Shown here one piece after another: positions 1 to 14,100 of a DNA stretch of 64,000 nucleotides. The notes below the pieces were generated by a model. The model saw nothing but the letters and a program-made list of their open reading frames with translations, ran no database searches and was not told where the DNA came from. A program made the position numbers and the translations under genes. How positions within the stretch are numbered: the first letter of the stretch is position 1; the number at the start of each line of letters is the position of its first letter. The stretch is from positions 40,610,001 to 40,674,000 of the forward strand of contig OX597821.1 of NCBI GenBank assembly GCA_951406725.2, read 5' to 3'. This DNA comes from Octopus vulgaris (lineage: Eukaryota).

Positions 1-300
1 GGGCCAGAGGAATCTGGCAAAACAGCCACAATCAGTTGGTGCTTTTACGTGTCACCAATACGGATGCCAGTCAGGTGGCGCTGGCATCTGCCATGTTCGG
101 ACGGTGCTTTTTACGTGTCACTGGCACGGGTATCTTAACTACAATTTCCATGTGATTTTTATTTTGATGTTGGTGTTGATGTACTTGACTCAACAGGTCT
201 CCTCAAGAACAGTGGGTCACTCTATGGTCCAAGGTTAGCACAGTAGGCCGTCCTACGAGCCATGATCTCACTTCATTTGTCGGGTCTTCACAGTCACAGT
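1..300 (-). mobile_element. RTE 3' UTR fragment
   Basis: Repeated GGTGCTTTTTACGTGTCAC modules homologous to 63230-63500, 8760-9085 and 58548-58830. Confidence 0.6.
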
Positions 301-1349
301 ATATCTCAGAGGTATCACAACTACAAAATCATTAAAAATTTTAATTAATTTTTATATATTCTCAATGCATTTTCAGTTTCATTTCTTCTATTTCTCCACA
401 CGTTTAATAAAAATAGATTTAAGTTAATAAAGTTTTTAAAATGTTTATCGTGTTACTTCATTTTATGTATCAATTCACTGCAACCAATTACAGACGTCTG
501 TTGCAGTAAACCTGTTTTTAATTTTTAACATATTTTTACAAGTGAACCGTTATTATCATCAAAGTTTATCTGTCTTACCTAACTGGTTTCAGCTTTGACA
601 AGAATGGAACTTTCTGAGCAAATTTGTGAGTTAAAAGTGTTGAACTTCATGACTACATGACTATGAAGTAAGACTTAGTTCTGCTGCTCTCAGGTTGTAC
701 TCCTGGACAATATACACATAATTTTAGTCACTTTAAGATCTAACAATTATGGTTAGACTATGCTGTGTTGATGAAGTTTAATAAAACTGAAACATATCTG
801 AAATTATCCCCATGCTGCTAAAAGTAAGGCACAGTACTTGTCACATATCATATTTGATTTTAATTAATTAGGATTTCTTTGATGACTATGTTGAGTATGT
901 TACTGACCAGTGTTCAGTTTACATATAACCCTGCCTGCTTCAGTGTATATCACTGAACAAATTAGCTTCCACAGTAACTTTTGGGTTGAATGGTTGATGA
1001 TAGGAAAAGCACGCAGGTGTAACAAACAGTTGCATAATCCATCCCAACTTTTCTAGAAGAAGAAATGAATAATTAGACACTATCACATATTTGCTATAGG
1101 GACAAAAATAGAAATTGAATAACATGTCTATACAAAATATTGAAGAAATATCTGTATATGACTGTTGTTAAGAAGAAAAGGTATCCAGCTAAAGAATCCA
1201 AGCTAAAGATGCAAAATAAAGTCCCTCAACCCATCTAGATAAGTTGAACCCCTAGATACATGTGGATGCTGACAGTGACAGCCTGTCTAGCACATTCCAG
1301 TATGGGAAGTGAACATAAAATGATTATATTTGCAAGAAATGTTACTTGA

Positions 1350-1670
1350 TGTGTTTTAGGTGAGTTATTACACCAATAATGATAAATACACGTACGCCAG
1401 TTCAATATCACTTCTTTATGGTTAGTCAATTAGCTGCAGACTCAAGGCAAACCTCAAAGAGAGAGGACATATCATTGATGAGGATGCAAATAGCAATGAA
1501 ATAACTTTGACCAAACCAACAACTGATTGATTGTTTAACAAACACAGTAAACTAAGGATCAATTTGATAGATGGCTAGATATTTTACTGGGTGACTAAAA
1601 CTAAGGAAGTGATATTGAACCAGCACGTCTGTTTATTATTATTGAGTGTAATTACCCTCCGAAGACGCAA
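1350..1670. mobile_element. MITE-like element with ~75 bp imperfect TIRs
   Basis: GTTCAATATCACTTCTTTA..TTAGTCA versus TGACTAA..TAAGGAAGTGATATTGAAC. The interior (1440-1580) resembles the palindrome at 48280-48510. Confidence 0.6.
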
Positions 1671-3065
1671 AATTTGTTTCAACACACAAATTCACATCAA
1701 GAACCTTGCAAACCAAATAAGTAAACAGAGAGATTTTACCTGGTTCATTTATTATCAGGTAATGTGTTACAGAATTTTGGTCTAGTTTTGTAGTTCTTAG
1801 ATATATCATTTTAAGAAAAATAAATGAAAAAATAAACATCTCAAAACTTGAGATTTCTTGATAAATTTCATGAAGAATATATACAAAATACACATTTCAT
1901 ATTATTCTATCATAATGATGGTAGCTAGTCTTGGGAGAACGAATCAGTTTATTTCCTCTGTTTTTGCTATTTTTTAAATATGATATCTATATAAGATTAC
2001 AATATGACCTTAATATTTAAATATTAATCTCAATGGAAAATTAGATCGGGGTGTTTTTTCTTTTGTTTGTTTTTTTTTCTTGGTCTCTAAATAATATATT
2101 AGATGAATGGTCCTTTCCTCTTGCCATGACATATGCCAGCTTTTATCATTATTTTCCTTCCTGAATGCCACATTATTCAGTCTTACCATTTATGAGAATG
2201 TTATAAACAATTTCTCAGTGTAGTTACATTATTTTACACTGTTTTCCAGAATTTGGTGGAAACAGGTGAAACACAAACACAGAAATTTACACACACACAC
2301 ACACACAGTGAAATTCATAAGTTGAATATCAAAACAAAGTAACAGCTAAATCCTGTTTTTTTTTTTTTGTTTTGTTTTTTGAAATGGAAATGAAACAAAA
2401 AAAAAAAACAGAAGCAGAAGGTTAATGGAAATAGAGATAGGATTTTGCTTCATACCATAAAGGCAACACAATCTGAAAATGTAATCAGGATTGAAAAGAA
2501 TATAACTTCCTCGGGATTGGGAAAGAATGCTTCAATAAATACTTCAAACTAAAGAAATTTGATTCAAGCCCGAAGCAGCTGGGCTGATTTACCAGGAGAA
2601 TAAACACTCAGTATATCTTCTAAACAGTGTATAGTGCTATATATCTTGCGAGTTAATAAATGACAGTTGCATAAACCGAACAACAAGAGATGCAGAGAGA
2701 GAGACAGAGAGAGAGAGAGTCGGTGGGGATTGATAGAGACTGGATGTAATGTATTTATCCATGATAAATACATTACATCTCACTCATAAAGATATGTCTT
2801 TGCCTTGTAGAAAGGGAAGACAGCTAACAAATAAATCCGTAATATAGAAAAGAAATGTTGATAGCTGGAGAGCAGCAATGATACGATACAGTATGTAATT
2901 TCTATTGCAACAGTATGGAAGATGTCATCAACAGCGTTATATTGTTGGCATGGCACATGATGTCATTGCAGAAATGCTATATAATGAGATCCATTTGGAG
3001 GACAGCAATAACAAGAAAATCCATAACACTCTATGTATGTGTATATATGTGTTTATATATGTGTG

Positions 3066-3117
<52 letters not shown>

Positions 3118-3302
3118 TATATAAATATGTATATATATATATTGATAGATAGATATAGATCTAGATATACACATATACTACATATATAAAAAGATAGTTA
3201 TAAATCTAGATATATGCATATATATGTATGTTTGTAAGTGCAAATATAAACACATATACAAATATTTATATTTATTCATGTATGTGTATGTATATATGTG
3301 TG

Positions 3303-3368
<66 letters not shown>

Positions 3369-4638
3369 TATATACATACATACATACATATATATATAGA
3401 GAGATATAGATATAGATAAATATAAATAGTTATGAATATAGATGTATGCATATATATGCATGTGTGTGTGTGTATACACATATATATTTACATACATACT
3501 CATACATATATATCTATCTATTGGTGTGTGTGTGTATGTGTATGTTCCCACTCTTCAGCAAAAATATATCAGTGGAATACTTGAATAAAGACATGTATTG
3601 AGTGCATATTTTCCAGGAAGAAAACATAGGAGTAATCTCCACAACTGGAGATTATCTAAAATTGTCTAAAAGACCAAATTAAACCAAGATCTTATGTATT
3701 CTACTTTCATTACAATTTTCTTTAGTACATGAGACATTCTGGATAATAAAGATTTAAAAAAACATAGGACTTAAAATGGATAAAATATTTTGCAAAAATA
3801 AGTGAAATGTTTGGCTCACATTTATAGCTGCAGGCTTCCCAACCAAATGGTCCCAGGTTCACTCCCACTGCTTGATACCTTAGGTGTCTTCTACTATAGC
3901 CCTAGGCTGACTGTGTGAGTGGATTTGGTACATGGAAACTGAAAGAAGTCCATTGTATGTATATGTATACATATATCAATGTGTGTGTGTCTTTGTGTCT
4001 GTGTTTGTCCTCCACCATTGCTTGACAACTGATGCTGGTGTGTTTACAGCCCTGTAACTTAGCAGTTTGACAAAAGAGACAGATAGAATAAGTACCAGAC
4101 TTAAAAAAAAAAAAAAAGAACTGGGGTCAATACATTTGACTAAAAAATCTTGAAGGTGGTGCCCCAGCATGGCCACTGTCTAATGAGTGAAATAAGTAAA
4201 ACAAAGATCAAAGATTCTACAGAAAAACCAAAGATATATAAATGAAATGCTCTGTCAGAATCCATTGAAAATTTGATTGCAAAATGTCTAAAATTTACTG
4301 CCTCCTTGCCTTTTCTCCTCCTCCTTAGTTCTTCTACCAGAAGAGGAAATTTCAGAAATGTTCCTGTAATTTAGCACCATCATAAAAATGTCTGGAATAA
4401 CCTATCTCCAAAATACTCCTTAGAGCTGGGTAAACACTGATTTTGTGATCTACTGTACTGAAGAGGCATATCTCATGCGTTTATTGACATATATATCCAG
4501 AAGTGTTATTACCTGGTTCTGCTTGAGCTTATGAACTTTGTCCATTAAATTTTCCAACTTTCATCTAAATTTCCCACCAGATTTTTATCAACAAACCTTC
4601 TAACCATCATCAAATGGCCTCTATTAAATAAATAAATA

Positions 4639-4682
<44 letters not shown>

Positions 4683-5444
4683 TCATACATATATATATAT
4701 ATGTATGTATGTATGTATTATGTACGTATGTATGTATATATATATTTATATGTGTATATATATATATGCATTTCCTAATATTAGGCTTCACTCCAAAACA
4801 TTTATTTACAATCTACATGCATCAATGTTATTATGATATAATGATGAAGAATTTTGTTATTCTGTGTCTAAAATATTGCTTCTCAGTTAAAACCCAAACT
4901 ACAGGAATATACATGCACATGTGCATATGCACACACATGCACACACATACACACACGCACGCACACACACACACACACACATACACTCACACACACGCAT
5001 ATTGCATGTATATCACTTCCAAAGGCTCATCACCACAAACATGCAATACAAGTCAAGTGCTAAATAATCTCTGATTTCTTTAAACTAAAAAGGCCGCCAG
5101 CCCCACCAATGCCCCATTCATTAACTCCAAATAATGAACACACGTTTAACCCTATCCTCTTCCTCCTTCTCGTCTTCCTCTCTGAGGGTGTATCATAATC
5201 TTTGAAATTCACCATGTTACGTCAAATTCTCCAGCAGAAAGATTCCGCTCATTTGTGCGATGGTCCCTCCATCCCGTTATCTTCCAATATTTCAAAGTTA
5301 ATATAAACAGACATTAACCTTCTCCATCACTTTGCTGGTGATGGCTGCTGGTATAGTTTCTATAAAACCAGACTAACTGAAGACACACAAAAAGATTCTT
5401 ACTCTAGAGGAATCTGGTTAAAGTCAAACAGCAGCCAGCCCCCA

Positions 5445-6165
5445 TGACCATGTCAAGCATGAATCCCTTCTGGTAAAATTCCCCAGCTATCAGCTCTGTT
5501 CGTTTCTAAGGGAAGACATCTGGCTTAATGGTTAGGATATTCAGCTCACAATCATCAGGTTGTGAGTTCGATTCCTGACAACATGTGTCCTTGAGTAAGA
5601 CACTTTATTTCACAATGCTCCAGTCCTGTCAGTCAGCAAAAATGAGTTGTGCCTGTATTTCAAAGGGCCAGCCTTGTCACATTCTGTGTCATGCAGAATC
5701 TCCCTGAAACTATGTTAAGGGTATGCATGTCTGAGGAATACTCAGCCACTTTCAAGTTGATTCCACAAGCAGGTTGTTCCATTGATTGGATCAATGGTAA
5801 CCTTTGATATCATAATCAGCAGAGAGCCCTTTTTTTTAGCTTTTTATTCTCTTGAGTCATTGATTTATTATCATAGATTGCATTGTTGAGGGGTGGGGTG
5901 CTGACTGAGCTTATTCTGTCCCTACTCCCTAATAATTTTGGTGTGCTTTATCATTTAGTTTTGTCCCTTTTACTCTTCTTTCTGTATATCAATGACATCC
6001 TAACATCACCAGCAATGTCCATTTCTATTCTGATGATATCATCCTTCATTCCTCTTCAAATCTCCATCTCCAAACATCATCCACTCGCAATCAAGACACC
6101 CTACACTAAATTTTCCTTGACCCTTTGTACAGGGTCCATGAAAACATTCTTCAAAATGGCCGTAC
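5445..6165 (+). pseudogene. Degraded CR1/L2/Jockey-group RT fragment interrupted by a SINE (5511-5830)
   Basis: DHVKHESLLVKFPSY before the SINE. After it, GVL..LVLSLLLFFLYINDIL (GVPQG..LFxLYINDL-like) followed by a frameshifted YSDDI. Confidence 0.6.
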
Positions 6166-8744
6166 ACGATTGGTACTCAATTTACTGACCTCAGAAGGAA
6201 GAAAGGCAGAGTCAACCTTGGTGATATTTGAACTCAGAATGCTGCTAAACATTTTCCCCTGTGTGCTAACAATTCTGCCAGTTTGCTACCTAAAAGTACT
6301 TTAACATTGGCTCAAAGAAAAATTGGCCATTAGTATGCCTGAGTATTGAAGGAGTGTTATTTTCACAACAAGTGTGCTTACCGATTACACCACCACAACT
6401 CTTTTGGTTCCCATGCATACTAATGCCCATATCTTTTTTTTTGTTGAGGCTTTGTATATCCCAATATCAGACTATTTTCTATAGTCAATGTACTGTGAAA
6501 GTTAAGCTTAGAACTATATTTACAAAAAGACACATATATATATACACACACATCATCAGCATCATAATCATGATCATCATCGTTTAATGTCCGTTTTCTG
6601 TGCTAGCACGGGTTGGACGAATCACATATAGTTAACATATATGCTTCATGTTCGGTGGCTGCAATAGCATGGTCCTTGCCTGTCCATCATTGAGGGGTTT
6701 TAGCACCCAGCACTTTCAGAGTGTATAAACTCCACCACACTACTGCACCAACCAGAAAAAACATGAAGCATATACATTAAACACATGTGGTCAATAATAT
6801 CTATTATACTACTGCTTTTGCTTCATATGTAAATAGATATATCTATATATACATACATATATACACGTCTGCCACCTCAACCTCACTTAGGCATAGCAGC
6901 CCTTCTTGTTTGTTTGCTCAGTCCTGTTTGTGTTACTTATTTTGCCCCTCCACAAAATCCCAAATTTAATTAATTTGCTTTGCAGGAGCAACTGTTTTAT
7001 CAAAAGCATATATTGTTGTTAAATGCTCGAAATACGAGACTAGAAAAACAGCCAACAACTGATGAAGGGTCGTCCTTTATGTTGTTTGTCTTGTTTTCCA
7101 TTTGTGTCATTTGTTGTTCGAAAAAATAGTTCATATTCCATGTACTCATACTTTGTATTTTTTTGTCATACATGTTTCATGACATCCTGTGCCCACATAT
7201 GCCTATATATACGTATAGATGTATATATATTATTTATATTATATATATATATATATACATCACCGTGACCAACCAGGCTATTAAATGTTGCTACACATCA
7301 CTGGTCACAATGTGCTTCGCGTTGTTTTAGCCTTCAGATGACGCCACCCCGCTAGCTAAGCGAGCAAGCCAACAGAAGAAAGAGTGAGAGAAAATTGTGG
7401 CGAAAGAGTACAGCAGGGATTGCCACCACCCCCTGCTGGAGCCTCGTGGAGCTTTAGGTGTTTTTGCTCAATAAACACTCACAACGTCCGAATCAAAACC
7501 GTGATCCTACGATCGCGAGTCCGCTGCCCTAACCACTGGGTCATTGCACCTCCGCATAAATATATATACATATATACATATATATATACAAAATTCAGTA
7601 GGGTATTAAAATATGACTTGCTATAAACAGACCTATCACTCTAAAGCCACAAATTACTCACTATTAAAATACACAAGGCGAATGGAATAATCATAACAAA
7701 AGTAGGTTTACCTTGTATGAACTACGGAAGTAAGGATTGCATATATTCCTGCATCAATTGATTTCACTTTCTGTATGATAAACATACCAAAAGCTCTTCA
7801 GCCAGACTTAAGACATCTATTTCTGAAATGTTCATCACATTACACCGTGTGCATTCTTCATTTGAATGCCCCCATGACATTAAAAAAAGCCCTATTTAAT
7901 TTTATATATACTGGCTCATGTTATGTTTGTTTTACACATGCACTGGTTGTATTTCATTTCTTTTACTTAACCATTTGATCAATTGGCTGATCACTTGTTT
8001 GATTAATTGATACAAGAAAATCTGTTGGAGCACTTGAGCTCATATCAAGAATCTTAAAAACTAAAGACAAACACGAAATACACATGCATATATGCATTCA
8101 AGTAAGTGTTTATAAATAAGGCCCCCGAGCTTTTGTGTTATCTGGGATAAATGTTATTTTCCCTAGCCTCAGGTTAACCCATGCTGCGCGAGTGAAAGTG
8201 GTTAGATGGAAACTATACTGCAGTCAATCAAATTAATTGTACCTGAAAATGAAAAAGTACATCAATGACATGCACTCTGTCAAATTGATTTTGTTGCTTG
8301 TAGAGCACTCATCCACTTATGTCAATTCAGGAGCAGGTAATTATGTTGAGATCAAACAACTGAATCCTCCTCATCAAACAATAAAGATTCACCAGGCTTT
8401 AAAATAAAGTAAGTAGTGGAGGTGATTCGTTCGACTAAAAATTCTTCAATGCAGTGCCCCAACATGGCCATAATCAAATGACTGAAACAAGTTAAGCATG
8501 AAAGATAAAAAGACTTGTGCTTTAAACTATCAAAGAATGAAATCATGCAGCAAAGCAACATTCCAGGTTAATGCTGCAATGAGGAGACATATTACTTCTC
8601 AATTTTAGTCCAGCAGAGATTTGTGCATATGTGGAATACCTCTGAGCAGTTTGCTTTGTTGAACTAGTAAGAGTTAAGAGAGCCAAGTGCAAAGCCTCTG
8701 TGTATATGTAGTAGAATTAGGTTAACATAGGTTAACATCAAAAT

Positions 8745-9085
8745 GAAAATCAAATGGAAATTGTAGTTAAGATACCCGTGCAGGTGACATGTTAAAAGCA
8801 CTGTCCGCACGTGGCAGATGCCAGCGCCACCTGACTGGCATCTGTGTCGGTGACACGTAAAAGTAGCAACTGATCATGGGTATTTGCCAGCTTCCTCTGG
8901 CCCCTGTGGCACGTAAAAAGCACCCACTACACTCATGAAGTGGTTGGCATTAGGAAGGGCATCCAGCTGTAGAAACACTGCTAGATCAGACTGGAGTCTG
9001 GTGCAGCCTCCTGGCTTCCCAGACCACGATCAAACCATCCAACCCATGCTAGCATGGAAAACGGACGTTAAATGATGATGATAAC
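8745..9085 (+). mobile_element. RTE 3' UTR fragment with (GAT)n tail
   Basis: GTGGTTGGCATTAGGAAGGGCATCCAGCTGTAGAAAC...CCAACCCATGCTAGCATGGAAAACGGACGTTAAATGATGATG. Other copies at about 12810-13050(-), 22072-22280(-), 34425-34690(+), 39140-39480(-), 44920-45100(+), 53120-53290(+), 55450-55600(+) and 58548-58830(-). Confidence 0.7.
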
Positions 9086-9810
9086 ATTAATACAATCAAC
9101 CAGTACAACTCACTGTATGCATGAACATGCTGCTATATACCAACATTCTATTTTTCACTAAAATCACCAAGATGTCCAAATACAGTGATTACGATAACAA
9201 ACAGTGAAATGACAGTAAACATTATATCACAACAATACCATTAAGTGTTGCTACAACAACATCAGCTTGACAATATTTTGTAGCTCCAACTGGCACCTGC
9301 GAGTGACAACATATAAACACTTCTGAAATGAACAAAATCACACAAACCACTTGTATGGAATAGTAATATGAAAACGTTCTTGAAACATAAATTATTATTT
9401 ATTTGACACACAACAATATTTCGATCATACAAGAGTGGCAACATGCTGTAGTTCAGCTCACTAAATTACTGTTTATTTTCACCACTCTACACATCCTTAT
9501 CTCAAAGATGCTACCACTAAAGCTAGCCTACATAAACACAGACACAGCACACACTCACATACAGATTTGTGTGTGTGTGTGTGTGTGCATATGTGTGTGA
9601 GTGTGTGGCTAACACTTTCTGGCCTCCAATGAAAAAAGAGCCCATGCCATACTATTCCTTTAAGTTCTTTCTGATGATTGACAGACTTGTTTCTCTACCT
9701 CTGGTATGAAACCAATTGATGATATGGTGATAATGGGATTATGATATTGCATTTTCTTAATAATTTTTATACTACTCCTACTATTACTAATAATAATGAT
9801 GATGATAAAT

Positions 9811-10365
9811 GCCCTGATGCAGTACCAGGCAGTAGCTCTCATGGTTTCTGATCTTAACTGAGTGGAACTGTTACCATGTACATTGTTTTGTCTTAGTATA
9901 AAAGATGGGCTACAGCAAATATTCTGCTCAATACCACAGATTTGCTTGTCAGTTGTTTGACCTTAACCAGATGAGCATGTCCCTTAGTGGCTCACAATAT
10001 GTGCATCTCTGATCACGAGCAGAAGTAGTGGGGGAGCATCATAGCCATGTGTTGAGAGGGATTCTTTGGGATTTGAATAATTCACCCCAGGAAAGATGGG
10101 TGTTTCGTTCATAATCCTTAAACAACCCTTATTCAAGGACCTTTTGAGCTGGATGGGTTACTCAACCAGAAGAAAATTCTAACTGGACCCCGACCTGCAA
10201 TGTCATGCGCTGTTTATCTTGATATGAGATCACCATGTCATGCACATATGGTTGTGATGCATGTGCCTAGTGTACCCTTATCAGATGGGTAGTCATGATG
10301 GGTATACTGGGCTTTGTATGTTTTACCCCAATATTACTTTGATGGCATGCACTGCTCTCTCACTC
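9811..10365 (+). mobile_element. Non-coding element embedded in (TAA)n repeats (candidate Dong 3' UTR or non-autonomous derivative)
   Basis: Near-identical sequence at 23317-23774 (minus, 5'-truncated) and a diverged partial at 10447-10762. It ends CTCTCTCACTC followed by (AAT)n, and AAT/GAT repeats lie upstream. Confidence 0.75.
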
Positions 10366-11081
10366 GATAATAATAACAACAAAGACAACAACAACAAAAA
10401 CAACAACAATAACAACAACAACAATAACAACAGCAATAATAATAATGCACCAGACAGTGCTTCACTTGGTATCTGATCCTGATTTGAAGTGTTATCATGT
10501 ACAAGTTTTGTCTTGGTATAAAAGATGGACTACAACAAATATTATGCTCAATACCACAGATTTGTTTGTCAGTTTTTTTACTTTAACCAGTTGAGCATGT
10601 CCTTTAGTGGCTGACGATATGTGCACCTCTAATTACAAGCAGGAGTTGCACAGGAGTTGGGCAGGTGCATCATAGCCATATGCTGAGAAGTATTCTTTGG
10701 GATTTGAATAATTCACTCCAGGAAACATGGGGATTCTGTTCCTCATCCTTAAACAATCCTTAAACAATGCACCAACATAGGTTGTTAAGCAGGGGTGGGG
10801 ACAAAATCAGACATAAAGACACTCACACATATACATCTATACACACACATATACATATACACATACGACAGGCTTCTTTTAGTTTCCCTCTCCCAAATCT
10901 ACTTACAAGGTTTTGGTCGACCGAAGGCTCTAATAGAAGTCATTTTCCCAATGCGCCACACAGTGGGACTGAAACCAAAACCATGTGGTTGGGAAGCAAA
11001 CTTCTTACCGCTGCTAAACTGTTGTATCTAACATGTCTTATATTAGATGTACAGGTCCTTGTGGCCAATAAAGAAATGATC

Positions 11082-11155
<74 letters not shown>

Positions 11156-14100
11156 CATATAAAATTGATGACACCAGCATTAATATTTGCCATTATTTGC
11201 TGAGAATATAGATAAATTTCCAACAATTATTTATGACAACTTATAACTTAATGGAAACTCCTTCACTTAATTCTTCTTGATCAATAATATTTCCTAGGCT
11301 TTCATGTAAAAATTTCCTGTTCAAGAACAACTCATTCATTTTAGTCAATGAATGTTTAGCTATTATGGTTGAAAACTGAGATAAAACTGTCAGCACTTGT
11401 ATGGCTTCTTTCATCATCATCATCATCGTCGTCGTCGTCGTCGTTGTCGTCGTCGTCATCATTGTCATCATCATCATCGTTGTTGTTGTCATTGACATAT
11501 CTCACTCTCTTTCTCTGACTTTCATATCTGCTCTCTCTCTCTGTCTTTCTTTTAAAAGAGAACTGTCTAGTGCTCTGCATTGTGTGTCGTATTTAAATAG
11601 GGATATATCATAAGAAAATACATTAAGACATTTATATTCCTAATCAGTTCCAAAACAATATGATATAAAGTTTATTTAATATTTGTGGATTTCAAGACAT
11701 AGTCAGTCCATTCTAAGTAGTTTATAGCGAGATAACTGCAAATCATCTTTTATTTACTGAAAATTATATTTTAGTCTGCTGTTGTTGTTCCAAGCATACG
11801 TAAAATATAAGTTGTAAATATTTGGCTAGAAATAATAGCATGCAACAGACAAGTAATGGCTGTTGAAACTTTTTCCTAACAATAATTTCTCGTGCAACCT
11901 GTGAAAGGAAGTTCAAGTGAAACGTGCCACCATTCTAAGATCAGGCAAGTCCAGCATGCGACGTGTATTGGAATCATACTTTCTAAAATGTAGAATATGA
12001 CAGAATCAGCTGCAAGAGGTTGCATGATAAAGTGAACATGAATTTAATGTTTTATTATTATATTTTTTATTATGACTGCATCAGGTCAAAGAATTGGTGC
12101 TCGTGACCTACATATTTTTGTGGCATTGGTGAGATTCATGTGGTTTACGTTAAAGGTGAACATTTGTATGTTAACATTTGCAAGAATTTCATTAATGAAG
12201 ATAGAATTTCTGAAGATAGATGTTCTGAGAAGGAAGGATCCTGTAAATTTGTTAGCGAAGAGTTCAAGCATTTTGATACATTTGCAGTGGAACCATGGGT
12301 ATGTCATGGAAAATATCAATATAATAATGCTTCTTCAGAGAAGCAGAGACCATTGTAGCAGTGTTGGAACAGACAGAAAGAGGAGACAGTTAGTCTGTAG
12401 ATCAAAGTTTTTACTCTTTTGGTGAGTGATTCTTTGACAGCACTTCATTATGGTTCTAGCTAGAGCTTTGTTAAAAATCAGAGACTAAAAGAGCAAGATT
12501 AGAGTTTAAGTAAGAGTTTTAACCAGGAAAGATTGTTATAATTATGTATTGCTTGAAGGTCATAACTGAGTACTGTTCAATACTACAAATAGAGAGAAAT
12601 AAGACTCCTTCCTTGATTCAAACATAGCTGTATACACCTAGATTGCCATAAACACCTTTTTCAAATTAAAGCTATAAAAGAAGACAGCCAAGGTGCCATG
12701 TGCTGGGACTGAACCTGAAATTATGTATCTAGGAAGTGATCTACTTAACTATGAACTCACTCATGTTTGTGCTGTTTTACTGACTTAAAACATTTGGGAT
12801 TGATCATTATCATCATCATCACCGTTTAACATCTGCTTTCCATGCTAGCATGGGTTGGACAGTTTGACTGAGAGCTGGCGAACCAGATGGCTGCACCAGA
12901 CTTCAATCTTGATCTGGCAGAGTTTCTCCAGCTGGATGCCCTACCTAACACCAACCACTCCAAGAGTGTAGTGAGTGCCTTTTACCTGCCACCGGCATGG
13001 GAGCCAGTCAGGCAGTACTGGCAATGACCTCGCTCAAATCTTTTACACATGTGTAAAAAGATCCAAGATTGGCTCTAAATCAGTTCTTTTAGAGTTCTTA
13101 TATTTGCTGACAAATTTCCTTGTTCAAAATTCTTAATTTCACATTTAGAAACATAACCATATGGTTTCATTTAACTTTTTTAATCATTCCTTATCAAAAA
13201 TATCTCCATATTTTTAATTTATACCACACAGTTCATGTCCGAATTGATTATTTTTAGTTTGAATGACCAAACGCAATGTAGTGGCTCTAACGCAGTGCTG
13301 GTGGAGGTGCGTGGCTTAGTGGTTAGGTTGTTGGATTCATGATCATAAGATTATGGTTTCAATTCTAGGACCAGGTGACGTGTTGTGTTCTTTAGCAAAA
13401 TACTTCATTTTGTGTTGCTCCAGTCCACTCAGCTGGCAGAAATGTTAGCACACCGGGCGAAATGCTTAGCAGTATTTTGTCTGCCACTACGTTCTGAGTT
13501 CAAATCCTGCTGAGGTCAACTTTGCCTTTCATCCTTTTAGGGTCGATTAAAAAAGTACCGGTTACACACTGGGGTTGATATAATCGACTTAATCTGTTTG
13601 TCTGTCTTTGCTAGTCCTCTCTGTATTTAGCCCCTTGTGGGTAGTAAAGAAATAGGTAGTGAGCTGGCATAATTGTTAGCATAATATAAAGAATTCTTTG
13701 CTGCATTTGTTCTGACCCCTTACATTCTGGGTTCTAATTTTATGAAGGTTAACTTTGCTTTTTATCCTTTTGGGGTTGATAAAATTAAGTACTACTGAAC
13801 TACAGAGGTTGACATAATCAACAAACCCTTTGCTTAGTCCCTAAACCAGAAACCCTTATAATCATCACCATCATTCTCCCTACTTGTTGCAGTATTTAGA
13901 AATCACCATCATTTACAATCCATTTCTGAAGTAAAAAGGATTCCTAAAATATTAATCTGAGGATGGGTTGAGCTAATTCCTTTAAAAAAATAATAAATCA
14001 CTACAACAACAACAGAAACAAGAATGTGACATTTCTTTCAATGCAGTTTCATCACCTTTCAGTTGTGAAAATGAAAAAAATAATATATTAAGAAAACAAT

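Noticed and set aside
7055-7085. CTGATGA motifs at about 7058, 17343, 55843 and 60244, CTGAAGA at 4458 and CCGATGA at 48214 as hammerheads
   Set aside because: No correctly placed GAAA or complete stems. At best these are unrecognisably decayed.
11241-11410. Protein-like peptides on unique stretches (11241-11410 minus, 2913-3035 plus, 18066-18320 minus)
   Set aside because: No recognisable domain or convincing pair of splice sites.
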